Shown here piece after piece: positions 51,005-64,000 of a stretch of 64,000 nt of DNA. The position numbers and the translations under genes are program-made. The notes under the pieces are model-generated. The model was not told the origin of the DNA, searched no databases, and saw only the letters and a program-made list of their open reading frames with translations. How positions within the stretch are numbered: the first letter of the stretch is position 1; every line of letters begins with the position of its first letter. Source of the stretch: Anaeramoeba ignava BMAN (taxonomy: Eukaryota > Protista > Anaeramoebae); the NCBI GenBank assembly GCA_028826165.1, contig JAPDFW010000110.1, forward strand, positions 1-64,000, in the 5' to 3' direction.

Positions 51005-52773
51005 TTATTTACAAATTACTGGTTCTTGATTTTGCCAATTAATAAATTTTTCTTCAATCATTAATGAATAATAAGAAAATAATTGAGGATCGTTTGAAAA
51101 ATAATTTGAAAGTTCTTCATAAAGCTCTTTAAAAGAATCTAAAAAAGATGAAATTGCAAATTCTTGATTTTCAATATTTGTTTGAATATGATTTGATGAT
51201 AAATAATCTAAATCTTCCAACATTTTCTCAAAATTTTTTTCAAAATGAATTTTATCCCATAAATTAATTATTTGATTATTTTGATTATTTTCATTATTTT
51301 GATTATTTTGATTATTTTGATTATTTTGATTATTTTCATTTAATTTTGATTTTGATTTTGATTTTGATTTTGATTTTGATTTTGATTTTAATTTTGAATT
51401 TGATTTTTCATTATTTTTATTTTTTGAATGTCTTTTTGAATGTCTTTTTGATTTTTCATTTTTAAATTCATTTTGATTTAAATTATTTGATTTTTCATTT
51501 TGATTTTCATTTAAATTATTTGATTTTTCATTTTGATTTTCATTTTCATTATTTGATTTTGTGATTCTATTTGAAATTTGATCGATTTTATTTTGATAAG
51601 CAATATAACAAATTAAAAGCATTTCTTTGAAAGTTTGATATATTTCATCATTTTCAAAATTCAAATATTGAATTCTTTTATTTTTTCTTATTTCTATTTC
51701 TGATTCTGATTGAGATTGTGATATTGATCTCATTTTGGAATTTGATTTTTTTGAATTTTTTGAATTTTTTGAATTTTTGTTTCTCATTTTTTCTTGTTGT
51801 TTTGCTATTTATTTATTAAATAAAAGAAATTATTTTTTTAATTTTTTTAATTTAATTCTTTTAATTTAATTTTCTTACCAAATTCCATTAATTCTTGTTG
51901 TTTTTCTTTTGATAAATTTTGATTTTTTTTTAAAGCAATTTGCATTTTTCGATCCTAAAATTAAAATTAAAATTAAAATTAAAATTAAAAATAAATTTAA
52001 AATTAAAATTATATTAAAATAAAAATTTAAATTTAAATTAATTTACATTTGTATTTAATTCTGGATTTTTTTCAATTAATGTTTTAATCATTGTTTCATC
52101 CCCTTTTTCACAACCAAACAAAAAGCAAGTTTTTTCAGAAATCTAATAAAATTAAAATTTAGTTTAAATAAATTATTTTTTTTTTTAATTATTTTTTTTA
52201 ATTATTTACCAACTAATTAAATTAAATTAAATTAAATTAAATTAAATTAAATTAGTTTATTTTTTCATTTTTAATTTATTTTTTATTTTTATTTAAAATT
52301 TTACTTCTTTTGCAAAAAGAACTTTTGGATTTCTTTTTATTGAATCACTAATTGATTTATAATAAATTGGAAATAATTCTTTTTTATCTGGTGGATCTCT
52401 TAATAATTCAAAAAAGACAGGAGTTCCCTAATTAAATTTAAATCAAAAATAATTTTATAAAAAAAAAAATTTATTAAAAAAATAACGTTTTTTTTTTTAA
52501 TAAAAAATAAATAAAATTCTTATTTACATACTAAATAAAAAAAAAGGGGAAAAAAAATAAATAAAAAAAGGGGAAAAATTTTAGTTATTACGTTTTTTAA
52601 TTGTTTTTGTTTTTATTTTTGTTTTTATATTTATTTTTATTTGGCTTTTATGTTATTTAAAAGCTTACATTTGTTATTTGACTTGGATCATTATTTTGTA
52701 ACCATTTTCTGAACTGTTTATAATCTTGATTTAAAATTAAAATCCATCCTTTATCTGCAGATGTATCACTCAT
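51005..52773 (-). CDS. Ankyrin-like small multi-exon gene with two candidate 3-nt exons
   Basis: Exons 52773-52669, [52530-52528], 52427-52305, [52212-52210], 52142-52047, 51954-51879 and 51804-51005 splice in frame: MSDTSADKGW...QITN[Y]GTPVFFELL...AKE[L]ISEKTCFLFGCEKGDETMIKTLIEKNP...AKQQEKMRNK. Confidence 0.75.
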
Positions 52774-53119
52774 TTTTATGTTAAATTAATAAAATTTTTT
52801 TTTTTTATTTTATTTTAAAAAAAAAAATGAATAAAAAGAATAAAAAGGAAAAAAATAAAAAGGAAAAAAATGAAAAGAAAAAAATGAAAAAAAAAAAAAA
52901 GAAATTTTTTTGTTTTAAATAAAATTTCTTGCCCCCTTAAATAAAAAAAAAAATTATTTATTAAAAAATTCGACAACTTTTTATCGGTTTTTGATTCATA
53001 ATACCTCAATTATTTGCAAATAAATTATCTATTTTTAATTTAAAAAAAAAGGTTTCAATTCTTTTTTTGTTTTTCCTAATTTTAAAATCTTGAAAAGAAA
53101 AAAGGAAAAAAAAAAAGCA

Positions 53120-55300
53120 AAGATTTAGAACATATTTAATTAATATTTAATCAATGATCGATTATATTTTTATTATTTTAGAAATTAAATTAAATAATAT
53201 CCATTTTCCATTTATTTTTTCCTAATTCAAAAAAAAAAGCAAAAATCGGAAAAAAAATTGTCCAATTTTTTTTAAATTAATTTTTTAATTCCAAAAAAAT
53301 ATAAAAATTTAAAATAGATTTAATTAATATTTAATAAATGATCAATTATTATTTTTATTATTTTAGAAATTATTTTAAATAATATCCACTTTCTTATTTA
53401 TTTATTAAATAATAAATTTTAATTAAATTTTTTTTTAAATTAATTTTTTAATTCAAAAAAAATATAAAAATTGAAAATAGATTTAATTAATATTTAATCA
53501 ATGATCGATTATATTTTATTATTTAGAAATTAAATTAAACAATATCCATTTTCCATTTATTTTTTCCTAATTCAAAAAAAAAAGCAAAAATCGGAAAAAA
53601 AACTGTCCAATTTTTTTTAAATTAATTTTTTAATTCTAAATAAATATCAAAATTGAAAATATATTTAATTAATATTTAATCAATGATCAATTATTATTTT
53701 TATTATTTAGAAATTAATTTTAAATAATATCCATTTTTCTTATTTATTTATTAAATAATAAATTTTAATTAAGTTTTTTTTTAAATTAATTTTTTAATTC
53801 AAAAAAATATAAAAATTGAAAATAGATTTAATTAATATTTAATCAATGATCGATTATATTTTTATTATTTTAGAAATTAAATTAAATAATATCCACTTTT
53901 CTTATTTATTTTTTAAATAATAAAATTTTAAATTAAGTTTTTTAAATTAATTTTTTAATTCTAAATAAATATAAAAATTGAAAATAGATTTAATTAATAT
54001 TTAATCAATGATCAATTATTATTTTTATTATTTTAGAAATTAATTTTAATAATATCCACTTTTGTTTTTATTTATTAAATAATAAATTTTAATTAAGTTT
54101 TTTTTTAAATTAATTTTTTAATTCTAAAAAAATATCAAATTGAAAATATATTTAATTAATATTTAATCAATGATAAATTATATTTTATTATTTTAGAAAT
54201 TATATTAAACAATATCCATTTTCCATTTATTTTTTCCTAATTCAAAAAAAAAAGCAAAAATCGGAAAAAAAACTGTCCAATTTTTTTTAAATTAATTTTT
54301 TAATTCTAAAAAAATATAAAAATTTAAAATATATTTAATTAATATTTAATCAATGATCAATTATTATTTTTATTATTTTAGAAATTAATTTAAATAATAT
54401 CCACTTTTCTTATTTATTTATTAAATAATAAATTTTAATTAAGTTTTTTTTTAAATTAATTTTTAATTCCAAAAAAATATAAAAATTTAAAATATATTTA
54501 ATTAATATTTAATCAATGATCGATTATATTTTTATTATTTTAGAAATTAATTTTAAATAATATCCACTTTTCTTATTTATTTATTAAGTAAAAATTTTAA
54601 ATTAAAGTTTTTTTTTAAATTAATTTTTAATTCCAAAAAAAATATAAAAATTTAGAACACATTTAATTAATATTTAATCAATGATCAATTATTATTTTTA
54701 TTATTTAGAAATTAATTTAAATAATATCCACTTTCTTATTTATTTATTAAATAATAAATTTTAATTAAGTTTTTTTTTAAATTAATTTTTTAATTCCAAA
54801 AAAATATAAAAATTTAAAACACATTTAATTAATATTTAATCAATGATCAATTATTATTTTTATTATTTTAGAAATTAATTTAAATAATATCCACTTTTCT
54901 TATTTATTTATTAAATAATAAATTTTAATTAAGTTTTTTTTTAAATTAATTTTTAATTCCAAAAAAAATATAAAAATTTAGAACGCATTTAATTAATATT
55001 TAATCAATGATAAATTATATTTTATTATTTTAGAAATTAAATTAAATAATATCCACTTTCTTATTTATTTATTAAATAATAAATTTTAAATTAAATTTTT
55101 TTTAAATTAATTTTTTAATTCCTAAAAAAATATAAAAATTTAAAATATATTTAATTAATATTTAATCAATGATTAATTATTATTTTTATTATTTTAGAAA
55201 TTATTTTAAATAATATCCACTTTCTTATTTATTTATTAAATAATAAATTTTAAATTAAATTTAATTCAAAAAAATATAAAAATTGAAAATAGATTTAATC
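53120..55300. repeat. Tandem satellite of 13 units, two variants (~163 bp and ~183 bp)
   Basis: Anchor TAATATTTAATCAATGAT at about 53141, 53325, 53488, 53670, 53833, 53995, 54157, 54340, 54503, 54668, 54830, 54994 and 55156. Confidence 0.93.
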
Positions 55301-55336
55301 AATTATTTGGAAATAAAAATATTTGTTAAGATGAAT

Positions 55337-58300
55337 TCATTTCTCCTCTAAAAAATTTATTAACTTCTCATGAACTTTTGCGAAAATTTGCAAAGGATCA
55401 AATTTACGAATCAATTCTCTTCTTTTCTTTTCCAATTCTTCTTTCTTTTTCTCCAAATCAAGTTCAGTCAAAACAATAGAAACTTGAGTGATTTGTTTAT
55501 TTGCATTTGAATTAGAATCATTTTTTTTTTTTTGATTTCCAGAACGATTAGAATCAACAACTTGGTTCGGCAAATTTGAATTAAAATTTGAATAAGAATC
55601 ATTTGGTTTTTGGATGAGCAAGAATTCGTCATTTAAAGCAGACATTTTATTAAGATTCCCTTTTGTTTCAACTACAAAATCCTTGACAAATTTTTTTTCT
55701 AAGTCGACTCTTCTCGACAAAATACTGTCTGCAATTTCGATCGAAAAATCAACTGAAGAAGACATTATACTTTCCAAATTAACTTTTATTTGCTCCTTTA
55801 AACAAGTGGCAAAGGCAGTGACATTGACAAGCGGCTGCATATAGCTGTCAAGTGAACTTTGTCTAACGTATTTAAGAAAAAACTCTCTTATCAAATCAAG
55901 ATCACTTAGAATAAGATCTCTTGTTGCTGGACTCAAATTTTTGTTTCCAGTCGCCATTCGAAAAATATACCAAACGCTGATTTCTTCAAGTAAAAAATTG
56001 CAGATCTTCTTGAGAGAAAATTCCCAAATGTGATTATAAAGATCTTCAAAATAATCCTCAAGTGTGCCAATAACAAGAAGCATGACTTGATTGTCTGCTT
56101 GAGAGAACCAGTGATCACTGAAAAACAGATCAAATGCTGATTGAAGATCCATCAGAATGATCTTTGCTATTTTGCTTGTTGAAATCATTGAGATTTCATG
56201 GAATCCATCTGCAACAATTTCTGGATCCAAATAACTCATCCCGGCAACGGAATTTGGGGACACCCGAATAGCCTCAATTCTCTCAATTGGGAACTTTTCT
56301 TCATCATCCGAATTGATTACTCTTGCCGCGTATTCTGGATCTAAAAGACCCAGCAATTCTTGTTTCCATGTGTTTGTATACTCAACACAATTATATGAAT
56401 CATTGACAACTGCGCAAAGATATCCAAAAGGAAGCTCCTGGAATCCTCCTCAATTAGTTGTCTTTGTTCCATTTGAAATTCCCGAAGCATATATGCGCAG
56501 GAAAGTGCTATTTCAAACAAGAATTTCCCGTTTTCTGATACATCAAGTGCTGTTTGCATTTGTTGAGATATTGTTTTGAATAGATCAAGTGGTGTTGGTG
56601 TTGAATATATTGGGTTGTCTTCAATATCGTTGAGCTCTCTGTCTACACTCAAAATATTCAGGAACCAACTTTTCATTTTTGACTAATTTTTGAAAAATTT
56701 TGGAAAAATCATTTTGACATTTTTTTTTTTTTTTGGGAAATTTGATTTTTGTTTTGATTTTTTCTTAAAAATTTTTTTCAAACCTGCATATGATGATGAA
56801 ACCTATCAGTTAAATCTCCAAGTCTTTCTATTAATTTTGGTTTTGTTTGTCGAATTCCAAAACGAAGTAAGAATTTATTATATGTTTTGATCCAAGATAC
56901 TTTAATTTTATGAAACAAATAATTAAACAATTAAAGAATTAACTAAAAAATTTTTTTTTCTTAAATTAAATCCAACCTAAAGTCAATATCTCTTCAATTT
57001 CAATATCAGGACGAGATGAGAAGATATGAAACTTCTCAAAAACTTTTAAATGATAAGCAACTGAACATTCAAATACAATATTATATTTTTTTGGAAGAAG
57101 TGGTTCCACATAATCTTTAAAATCATCCAATTCTTCCAGAAGATCTAATATTTTTTCTAATGATTCTCCAATACTTTCAATATCTCCAAATTCTTGTTCA
57201 AATCTCGCATAAATTCTTTCTTGAATTTTGTGAATAAATTCTTCTCTGAAACTTTTAATTTCCAAAATTTCTAAAACCAATTTAAATCAAACCAATTTAA
57301 ATCAAATTAAATCAATAAAAAATTTTGAATTTATACTATTTTCCATTGAGTCTTCAATTTCTAGAATCATTACTGATGTTTTTATTAGCATAGGATTTTC
57401 CTAAATATTTTAAATATTCCAAAAATTTGTATTGATTTTTTCAATTGATTTCAGGATTTTTTTGATTTACTCTTGAAAGTTGAAGAATATTTTCTGCAAT
57501 TTTCCAAATTTGATTAAAAAAAGCATCACAAAGTTTTTGAATTTCATTGAACCAAAAAAATAGCATATTTGAATCTTTTTCTGTATCATTTATAAAATCT
57601 ATTGCATTTTGATTTTCATTCTTTTCTTCTTTTTGAATTTCATTTAAGCAATCAAGCCTTAAAATCATTAATTCTCGAATTTTTTCATAATTTTCAAATA
57701 GTAATCTTTCATTATTTAAATGTGCTTCTATTTTTCTCACTTCATCTCTTATTAAAAATAACTTTCTTAATTGAATTAGTGTATTTCTCATATTTCTTCC
57801 TACCATACTTAATATTCTAATTTCACTATAATTTGGAATTAATCCTTTTTAATTTTATAAATAAATTTTAGAATAAATTTTTAAATAAATTTTTAAATAA
57901 ATTTTTAAATAAATTTTTAAATAAATTTATAAATAATTTTATAAATAATTTTTAAAATAAATTTATAAATAATTTTTGAAATAAATTTTCAAATAAATTT
58001 TTAAATAAATTTATAAATAATTTTATAAATAAATTTTGTAATAAATTTATAAATAATTTTTGAAATAAATTTATAAATAAATTTTTGAAATAAATTTTTA
58101 AATAAATTTTTGAAATAAATTTTGAAATAATTTCAAATAAATTTATAAATAATTTTATAAATAAATTTTTAAATAAATTTTGAAATAAATTTTGAAATAA
58201 ATTTATAAATAAATTTTGAAATAAATTTATAAATAAATTTATAAATAATTTTTGAAATAAATTTTGAAATAAATTTTGAAATAAATTTTCAAAATAAATT

Positions 58301-59531
58301 TTTAAATAATTTTTATAAATAATTTTATAAATAAATTTTTAAAATAAATTTTTTAAATAAATTTTTAAATAAATTTTTAAATAAATTTTAAATAAATTTG
58401 AAATAAATTTAAAAATAAATTTATAAATAAAATTTTTAAATAAATTTATAAAATAAATTTTAAATAAATTTTGAAATAAATTTTAAATAAATTTTGAATA
58501 AATTTATAAATAAATTTTAAATAAATTTGAAATAAAATTTTGAAATAAATTTTGAAATAAGTTTTGAAATAAATTTTAAAATAAATTTATAAATAAATTT
58601 TTAAATAAATTTATAAATAAATTTTAAATAAATTTATAAATAAATTTTGAAATAAATTTTGAAATAAATTTTAAATAAATTTTGAAATAAATTTTAAATA
58701 AATTTTTGAAATAAGTTTTGAAATAAATTTTAAATAATTTTTAAAATAAATTTTTGAAATAAATTTTAAAAAATTTTTAAATTTTTATTAAATAAATTTT
58801 AATAAATAAATTTATAAATAAATTTTTAAATAAATTTTTAAATAAATTTTGAAATAAATTTATAAATAAATTTATAAATAAATTTTTAAATAAATTTATG
58901 AAATAAATTTTTAAATAAATTTATAAATAAATTTTTAAATTTTTTTAAATAAATTAATAAATAAATTTTAAATTTTAAATAAATTTTAAATAAATTTATA
59001 TAAATTTATAAATAAATTTTTAAATAAATTTTTTAAATTTTTCTTTTAAATTTAAAAATGAAAAATGAAAAATAAAAAATGAAAAATAAATTTAAAAATA
59101 AATTTTATAATAAATTTTTATTAATAATTTTAATAAATTTTTTAAAATAAATTTTTTTAAATAAATTTTGAAATAAATTTTGAAATAATTTCAAATAAAT
59201 TTTTGAAATAAATTTTGAAATAAATTTTTAAATAATTTTTAAAATAAGTTTTTTGAAAATTAAAACCTTGATTTTGATTAGATAAATTTTTAATAGATTT
59301 AAAATGTTCATGAATGCTTTTAACAGTTTTGTCAGAAACTTGAAGTAAATCAGCTCCTTTTTGAGCAGAATTTATTTGACTTTGCATCATTGCTTGTAAT
59401 TTACTATCAATTTCTGCTTTTACTTTTTCTGTTTGTTCTTTTAATTCATGAATTTTTCTTAAATCTGTTGGATGTGCAATTTCTACTCCAATTCTATTTT
59501 TAGCTTCTTTTTTAGCTTTTTCTTTTGACAT
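55337..59531 (-). CDS. SEC6: Exocyst complex component 3 (Sec6), 6 exons
   Basis: HPTDLRKI...KAEIDSKLQAMMQSQI, YSEIRILSMVGRNMRNTL, EILTLVSWIKTY, MKSWFLNIL, TPTPLDLFKTISQQM, IGTLEDYFEDL. GT-AG introns incl. 57845-59266 are phase-consistent; indel near 56440. Confidence 0.88.
57845..59266 (-). repeat. 1,422-bp Sec6 intron 1 filled with an ~11-12-bp AAATAAATTTT(A/G) repeat
   Basis: CAAG|GTTTTA donor and TTAAAAAG|GA acceptor bracket the repeat. Confidence 0.88.
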
Positions 59532-59589
59532 AAAAATGAAAAAAATGAAAAATGAAAAATGAAAATGAAAAATGAAAAATGAAAATTTT

Positions 59590-60070
59590 AATTTATTTCA
59601 ATTTATTTATTTTAATTTATTTATTCCAATTTATTTATTCCAATTTATTTATTCAATTTATTTATTTCAATTTATTTATTCCAATTTATTTATTTTTTCC
59701 AATTTATTTATTTCAATTTATTTATTTTAATTTATTTATTCCAATTTATTTATTTCAATTTATTTATTCCAATTTATTTATTCCAATTTATTTATTTTAA
59801 TTTATTTATTTTAATTTATTTATTTTAATTTATTTATTCCAATTTATTTATTCCAATTTATTTATTTCAATTTATTTATTTCAATTTATTTATTTCAATT
59901 TATTTATTTTATTTATTTATTTTAATTTATTTATTTTATTTATTTTAATTTATTTATTCCAATTTATTTATTTCAATTTATTTATTTTAATTTATTTATT
60001 TCAATTTTATTTATTCCAATTTATTTATTTCAATTTATTTTATTTCAATTTATTTATTTTAATTAATTTA
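59590..60070 (+). repeat. Minisatellite (AATTTATTTATTCC/TT)n
   Basis: 14-bp units; similar sequence recurs at ~61340-61650. Confidence 0.85.
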
Positions 60071-62248
60071 TTTATTTTTTTTAAGAGATTGTTTTCAATT
60101 TATTTATTTCAATTTTTTTTTATTCAAATTTTTTTATTTATTCAAAAATTTATTTATAAAAAATTTATTCCAATTTATTTATCTTAAGTTTTATTTAGAA
60201 ATTTTATTTAAAATTTTTATTTATTTCAATTTATTTATTTTAAAAATTTTTTTTTTTATTTATTCCAATTAATTTATTCCAAAAAATTTATTCCAAAAAC
60301 ATTCCCCAATTCATTTATTTAAATTTAATTAAAATTAGAAATTTATTTATTTTAATTTATTTATTAAATTTTGCAATTTTAATTTATTTATTTTTCAATT
60401 TATTTATTTCAATTTATTTATTTTAAAATTTATTTTAATTTTTTAAATTTTTAAAAATTCAATTTTTTTCTTTTCAAATTTATTTTTAAAAAAAACAATT
60501 TCAAAACAAAAATATTCAAAAAGAAGGCAAAATTAAATTTATTTTTCCAATTTATTTAAATTTTTTTTTATTTATTTTATTTTAAATTTCATTTTTGATT
60601 TTTTATTTTTTTCATTTTTATTTTTACATTTTTATTTTTATACATTTTTCCAAATTATTTAATTTAAAAATAAATGTTCAAAAATTTATTTTAAAATTTC
60701 TAATTTTTTTTTCATTTTTTAGATAAACAAATTTTAAATTAATTTTTCAAATTCCAAATTCAAAGAATTATTAAAAATTCAAAAATTTTCAATCAGTTTT
60801 CTTTATTGATCTTGTATTGAAAATCAAAAATATTTATTTTGATGCAATTTTTAAATTTTTCTTTTATTAAAAATTTTTTTATTTTTTTGATTTTTCCTCA
60901 ATTTATTTTTAATTTTATTTAATTTTAATTTTATTTTTTTTTAATTGATTTTATTTTATTTTATTTTCAATTTATTAAAAATTAATTTATTTTAATTTTA
61001 TTTAATTCAATTTATTAAAAAGTTTATTTATTTTAATTTATTTATTTTATTATTATTTAATTAATTAATTTAATTTTCAAATTCCAATTCAAAGAATTAT
61101 TAAAATTTCAAAATTATTTTAATTTATTTAATTTTAATTTGTATGAAAATCAAATTTATTTATTTTATTATTTAATTTTATTTATTTTAATTTTATTTAA
61201 TTTATTTCAAATTATTATTTAAATTGATTAATTTTTATTAATTTAATTGATTATTTTTATTTTATTAATTTTAATTTATAATTTTTTCCAATTTATTAAT
61301 TTAATTTTTTTTAATTTATTTTATTTTATTAAATTGATTTAATTTTATTTATTCCAATTGATTTATTTCAATTTATTTATTTTTTTATTAAATTTAAATT
61401 CCAATTTATTTATTCCAATTTATTTATTTTTAATTAATTTATTTTAATTTATTTATTTTCAAATTAATTTTTATTCCAATTTATTTATTTTAATTTATTT
61501 ATTTAAATTTGATTATTTCAATTTATTAATTTCAATTTATTTATTTCAATTTATTTATTAAAATTGATTTATTTTTTTATTTTATTTATTTTAATTTATT
61601 TATTAAATTTATTTATTTCAATTTATTTATTTCAATTTAATTATTTTTTAATTTAATTTAAATTTTTTTAAGAGAATGCTAAATTAATTTTTTTGAATTA
61701 AATTTATTAATTTTTGATTTATTCAAAAATTTTTTTGTCAAAAATAATTATAGAAAAACAACCCAAAAATTAAATTGGTTCTTTTTATCTTAAGTTTATT
61801 AAATTTTACTCTAAAAATTTTTTTTAAATTTTATTTATTTTAAATTAAAAAATTTTTCTTTAATTATCCAAAAATAACTAAAACATCCCAATTCATTTTA
61901 TTTAAAATTAAATAAAATGAAAAATTCTTAAAGGAAAACTAAATTAAATTTGCAACGTTTCATTTTTGGATTATTTAATAAATTTTAAATGTGATAAGTA
62001 AATAGATTAAAGTTTTTCCTTTAAAAATTTAAAGAAATTAATTTCGATCAAATTTATTTTAATTTTAAACAAAAAAAAACAAAACAAAAAAAAAATATTC
62101 AAAAGAAGGCAAATTTCCTATTTATTTTCACAAGCATTTAAATTTTTTTTTTCTTATTGATTATTTTGATTTCATTTTTGATTTTTCCTTTTTCATTTTT
62201 ATCTTTACATTTTTTTTATTTCTATACACTTTTTTTTTTTCCAAATTA

Positions 62249-64000
62249 ATGGGAAACAAACATAATCAATCAATTAAAAAAATAAACTGTTCAAAAAAAT
62301 TCAAACTATTCAAAAAAAAGTCTAATTGTTTGGCTTTATTAGATAAACATTATAAATTAATTAGTTCAAATTCCAAATTCAAAGAATTATTAAAAATTCA
62401 AAATGAAGCTCAATCAGTTTTCTTTATTGATCTTTGTACTGAAAAGAATTGATTAATTTATTAAATTATTTTTGATTTTTGTTAAAAAGAGTTTGATTAA
62501 TTTTTTTACAAATTTAAATTTATTTCAATTTTATTATTTAATTGATTAAATTTAAATTTTATTAATTTAAATTAAATTGATTAATTTTATTAAATTTAAT
62601 TGATTAATTTTATTATTATTTAATTGATTAATTTTATTATTATTTAATTGATTATTTTTATTAAAAATTAAAATTGATTAATTTTATTATTATTTAATTG
62701 ATTAATTTTATTTAAATTAAATTGATTAATTTTATTAAATTAAAAATTTTTTAATTAAAATTAAATTTATTAATTTTATTAAATTAAATTGATTAATTTT
62801 ATTAAATTAAATTTATTAAATTAAATTAAATTGATTAATTTTTATTAAATTAAATTGATTGATTTTATTAAATTAAATTGATTAATTTTATTAAATTAAA
62901 TTGATTTATTTTATTAAATTTAAATTGATTAATTTTATTAAATTAAATTGATTGATTTTATTAAATTTAATTGATTAATTTTATTAAATTAAATTGATTA
63001 ATTTTATTAAATTTAAATTGATTAATTTTATTAATATAAATTAAATTGATTAATTTTATTAAATTAAATTGATTAATTTTATTAAATTTGATTAATTTTA
63101 TTAATTTTTAATTAAATTTTTTAAATTTAAATTGATTAATTTTATTATTATTAAATTAAATTGATTAATTTTATTAAAATTAAATTAAAATTGATTAATT
63201 TTTATTAAATTAAATTAAATTGACAATTTATTAAATTTAATTTAAATTAAATTAAATTGATTAAATTTTATTAAATTAAATTGATTAATTTTTTATTAAA
63301 TTAAAATTAATTTTAATTTTATTAAATTAAATTGATTAATTTTATTAAATTAAATTGATTTATTTTATTAAATTAAATTGATTAATTTTATTAAAATTAA
63401 TTGATTAATTTTATTAAATTAAATTGATTAATTTTATTAAATTAAATTGATTAATTTTATTAAATTAAATTAATTTAATTGATTTTATTAATTTAAATTG
63501 ATTGATTTTATTAAATTAAATTGATTGAATTTTATTAAATTAAATTGATTTTATTAATTTTAATCTATATTCTTCCAAAAAAAATTAGTTTTCATCCAGT
63601 TTGTATCGAATTTCATATGAAAGATTTACTTAATGAAGAATTTTGGGTTCAATTATTTGTAATTTCTTTTTCCTTAAATTTATTTTTATTTATTTATATT
63701 TTTATTTATTTTTATTTATTTAAAGATTTGTCCTAAAAAAAAATCCAAAAAATCAAACTTTTTCATTTCAATTGAAAAAATAAAATTTCTTGAAACAAAA
63801 TCATCTCAAAATTTATTTTTAGAACATGAATACAAAGCAACTTCCGTCTCTGATTCAGAAAATGAATATTCAACTCAATCATTGGATCATTCAAATTCAA
63901 AAGAGAAAAATAAAGATGATATTCCAGAAAGTTCAGATGATTCAACAATTACAGAAGATTTTATTTCTTGGGATCCAACATTTTCTATTTACACTTCTCT
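62249..64000 (+). CDS. PAS-like domain protein with MG N-terminus (possible myristoylation); structure uncertain, runs off the right edge
   Basis: Exon 1 LALLDKHYKLISSNSKFKELL...FIDLC; later IEFHMKDLLNEEFWVQLF (PAC-like); GT-AG intron 63659-63725; open acidic frame to the window end. The first donor site is not cleanly identifiable. Confidence 0.55.
62500..63560 (+). repeat. Minisatellite (AAATTAAATTGATTAATTTTATT)n inside the presumed first intron of the PAS-like gene
   Basis: ~23-bp units by inspection. Confidence 0.85.

Noticed and set aside
53120-55300. ATATCC in each satellite unit as a U12 (AT-AC) donor, or the array as tRNA/5S/snRNA genes
   Set aside because: It does not match ATATCCTT, no exons are present, and the units are too AT-rich with no A/B boxes or recognisable RNA fold.

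Overview
Very AT-rich, gene-dense eukaryotic nuclear DNA from a protist. It uses the standard code, short GT-AG introns and pervasive (AAAATC)n/poly-NQ repeats. This style resembles Anaeramoeba-type metamonads, but that is inference only. About 20 protein genes can be reconstructed, many broken by single-base homopolymer indels that look like sequencing errors. In order: neurobeachin/BEACH protein (runs off the left edge), NHP6-like HMG box, RING+SRI protein, small basic protein, intron-containing microbial-type PARG, acidic repeat protein, GDA1/CD39 NTPDase, SAP+F-box protein, NQ-rich protein with an eIF4E-binding-type motif, coiled-coil protein, cyclin E-like protein, ankyrin-BTB protein, APE1/ExoIII, a ~4,300-aa RNF213/mysterin-like giant, a C2CD3-like centriolar protein, an ankyrin-like gene, exocyst Sec6 and a PAS-like gene (runs off the right edge). 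Most notable: (1) the RNF213-like giant appears to have lost the catalytic motifs of both active AAA modules and the RZ-finger cysteine while keeping the AAA2 P-loop; (2) a small gene has two candidate 3-nt micro-exons; (3) a 13-unit 163/183-bp satellite and an 8-copy array are built from motifs that occur singly in promoter regions elsewhere in the window; (4) a tandem TTTCATTT initiator-like motif precedes nearly every start codon. All homology calls come from remembered motifs, not database searches.
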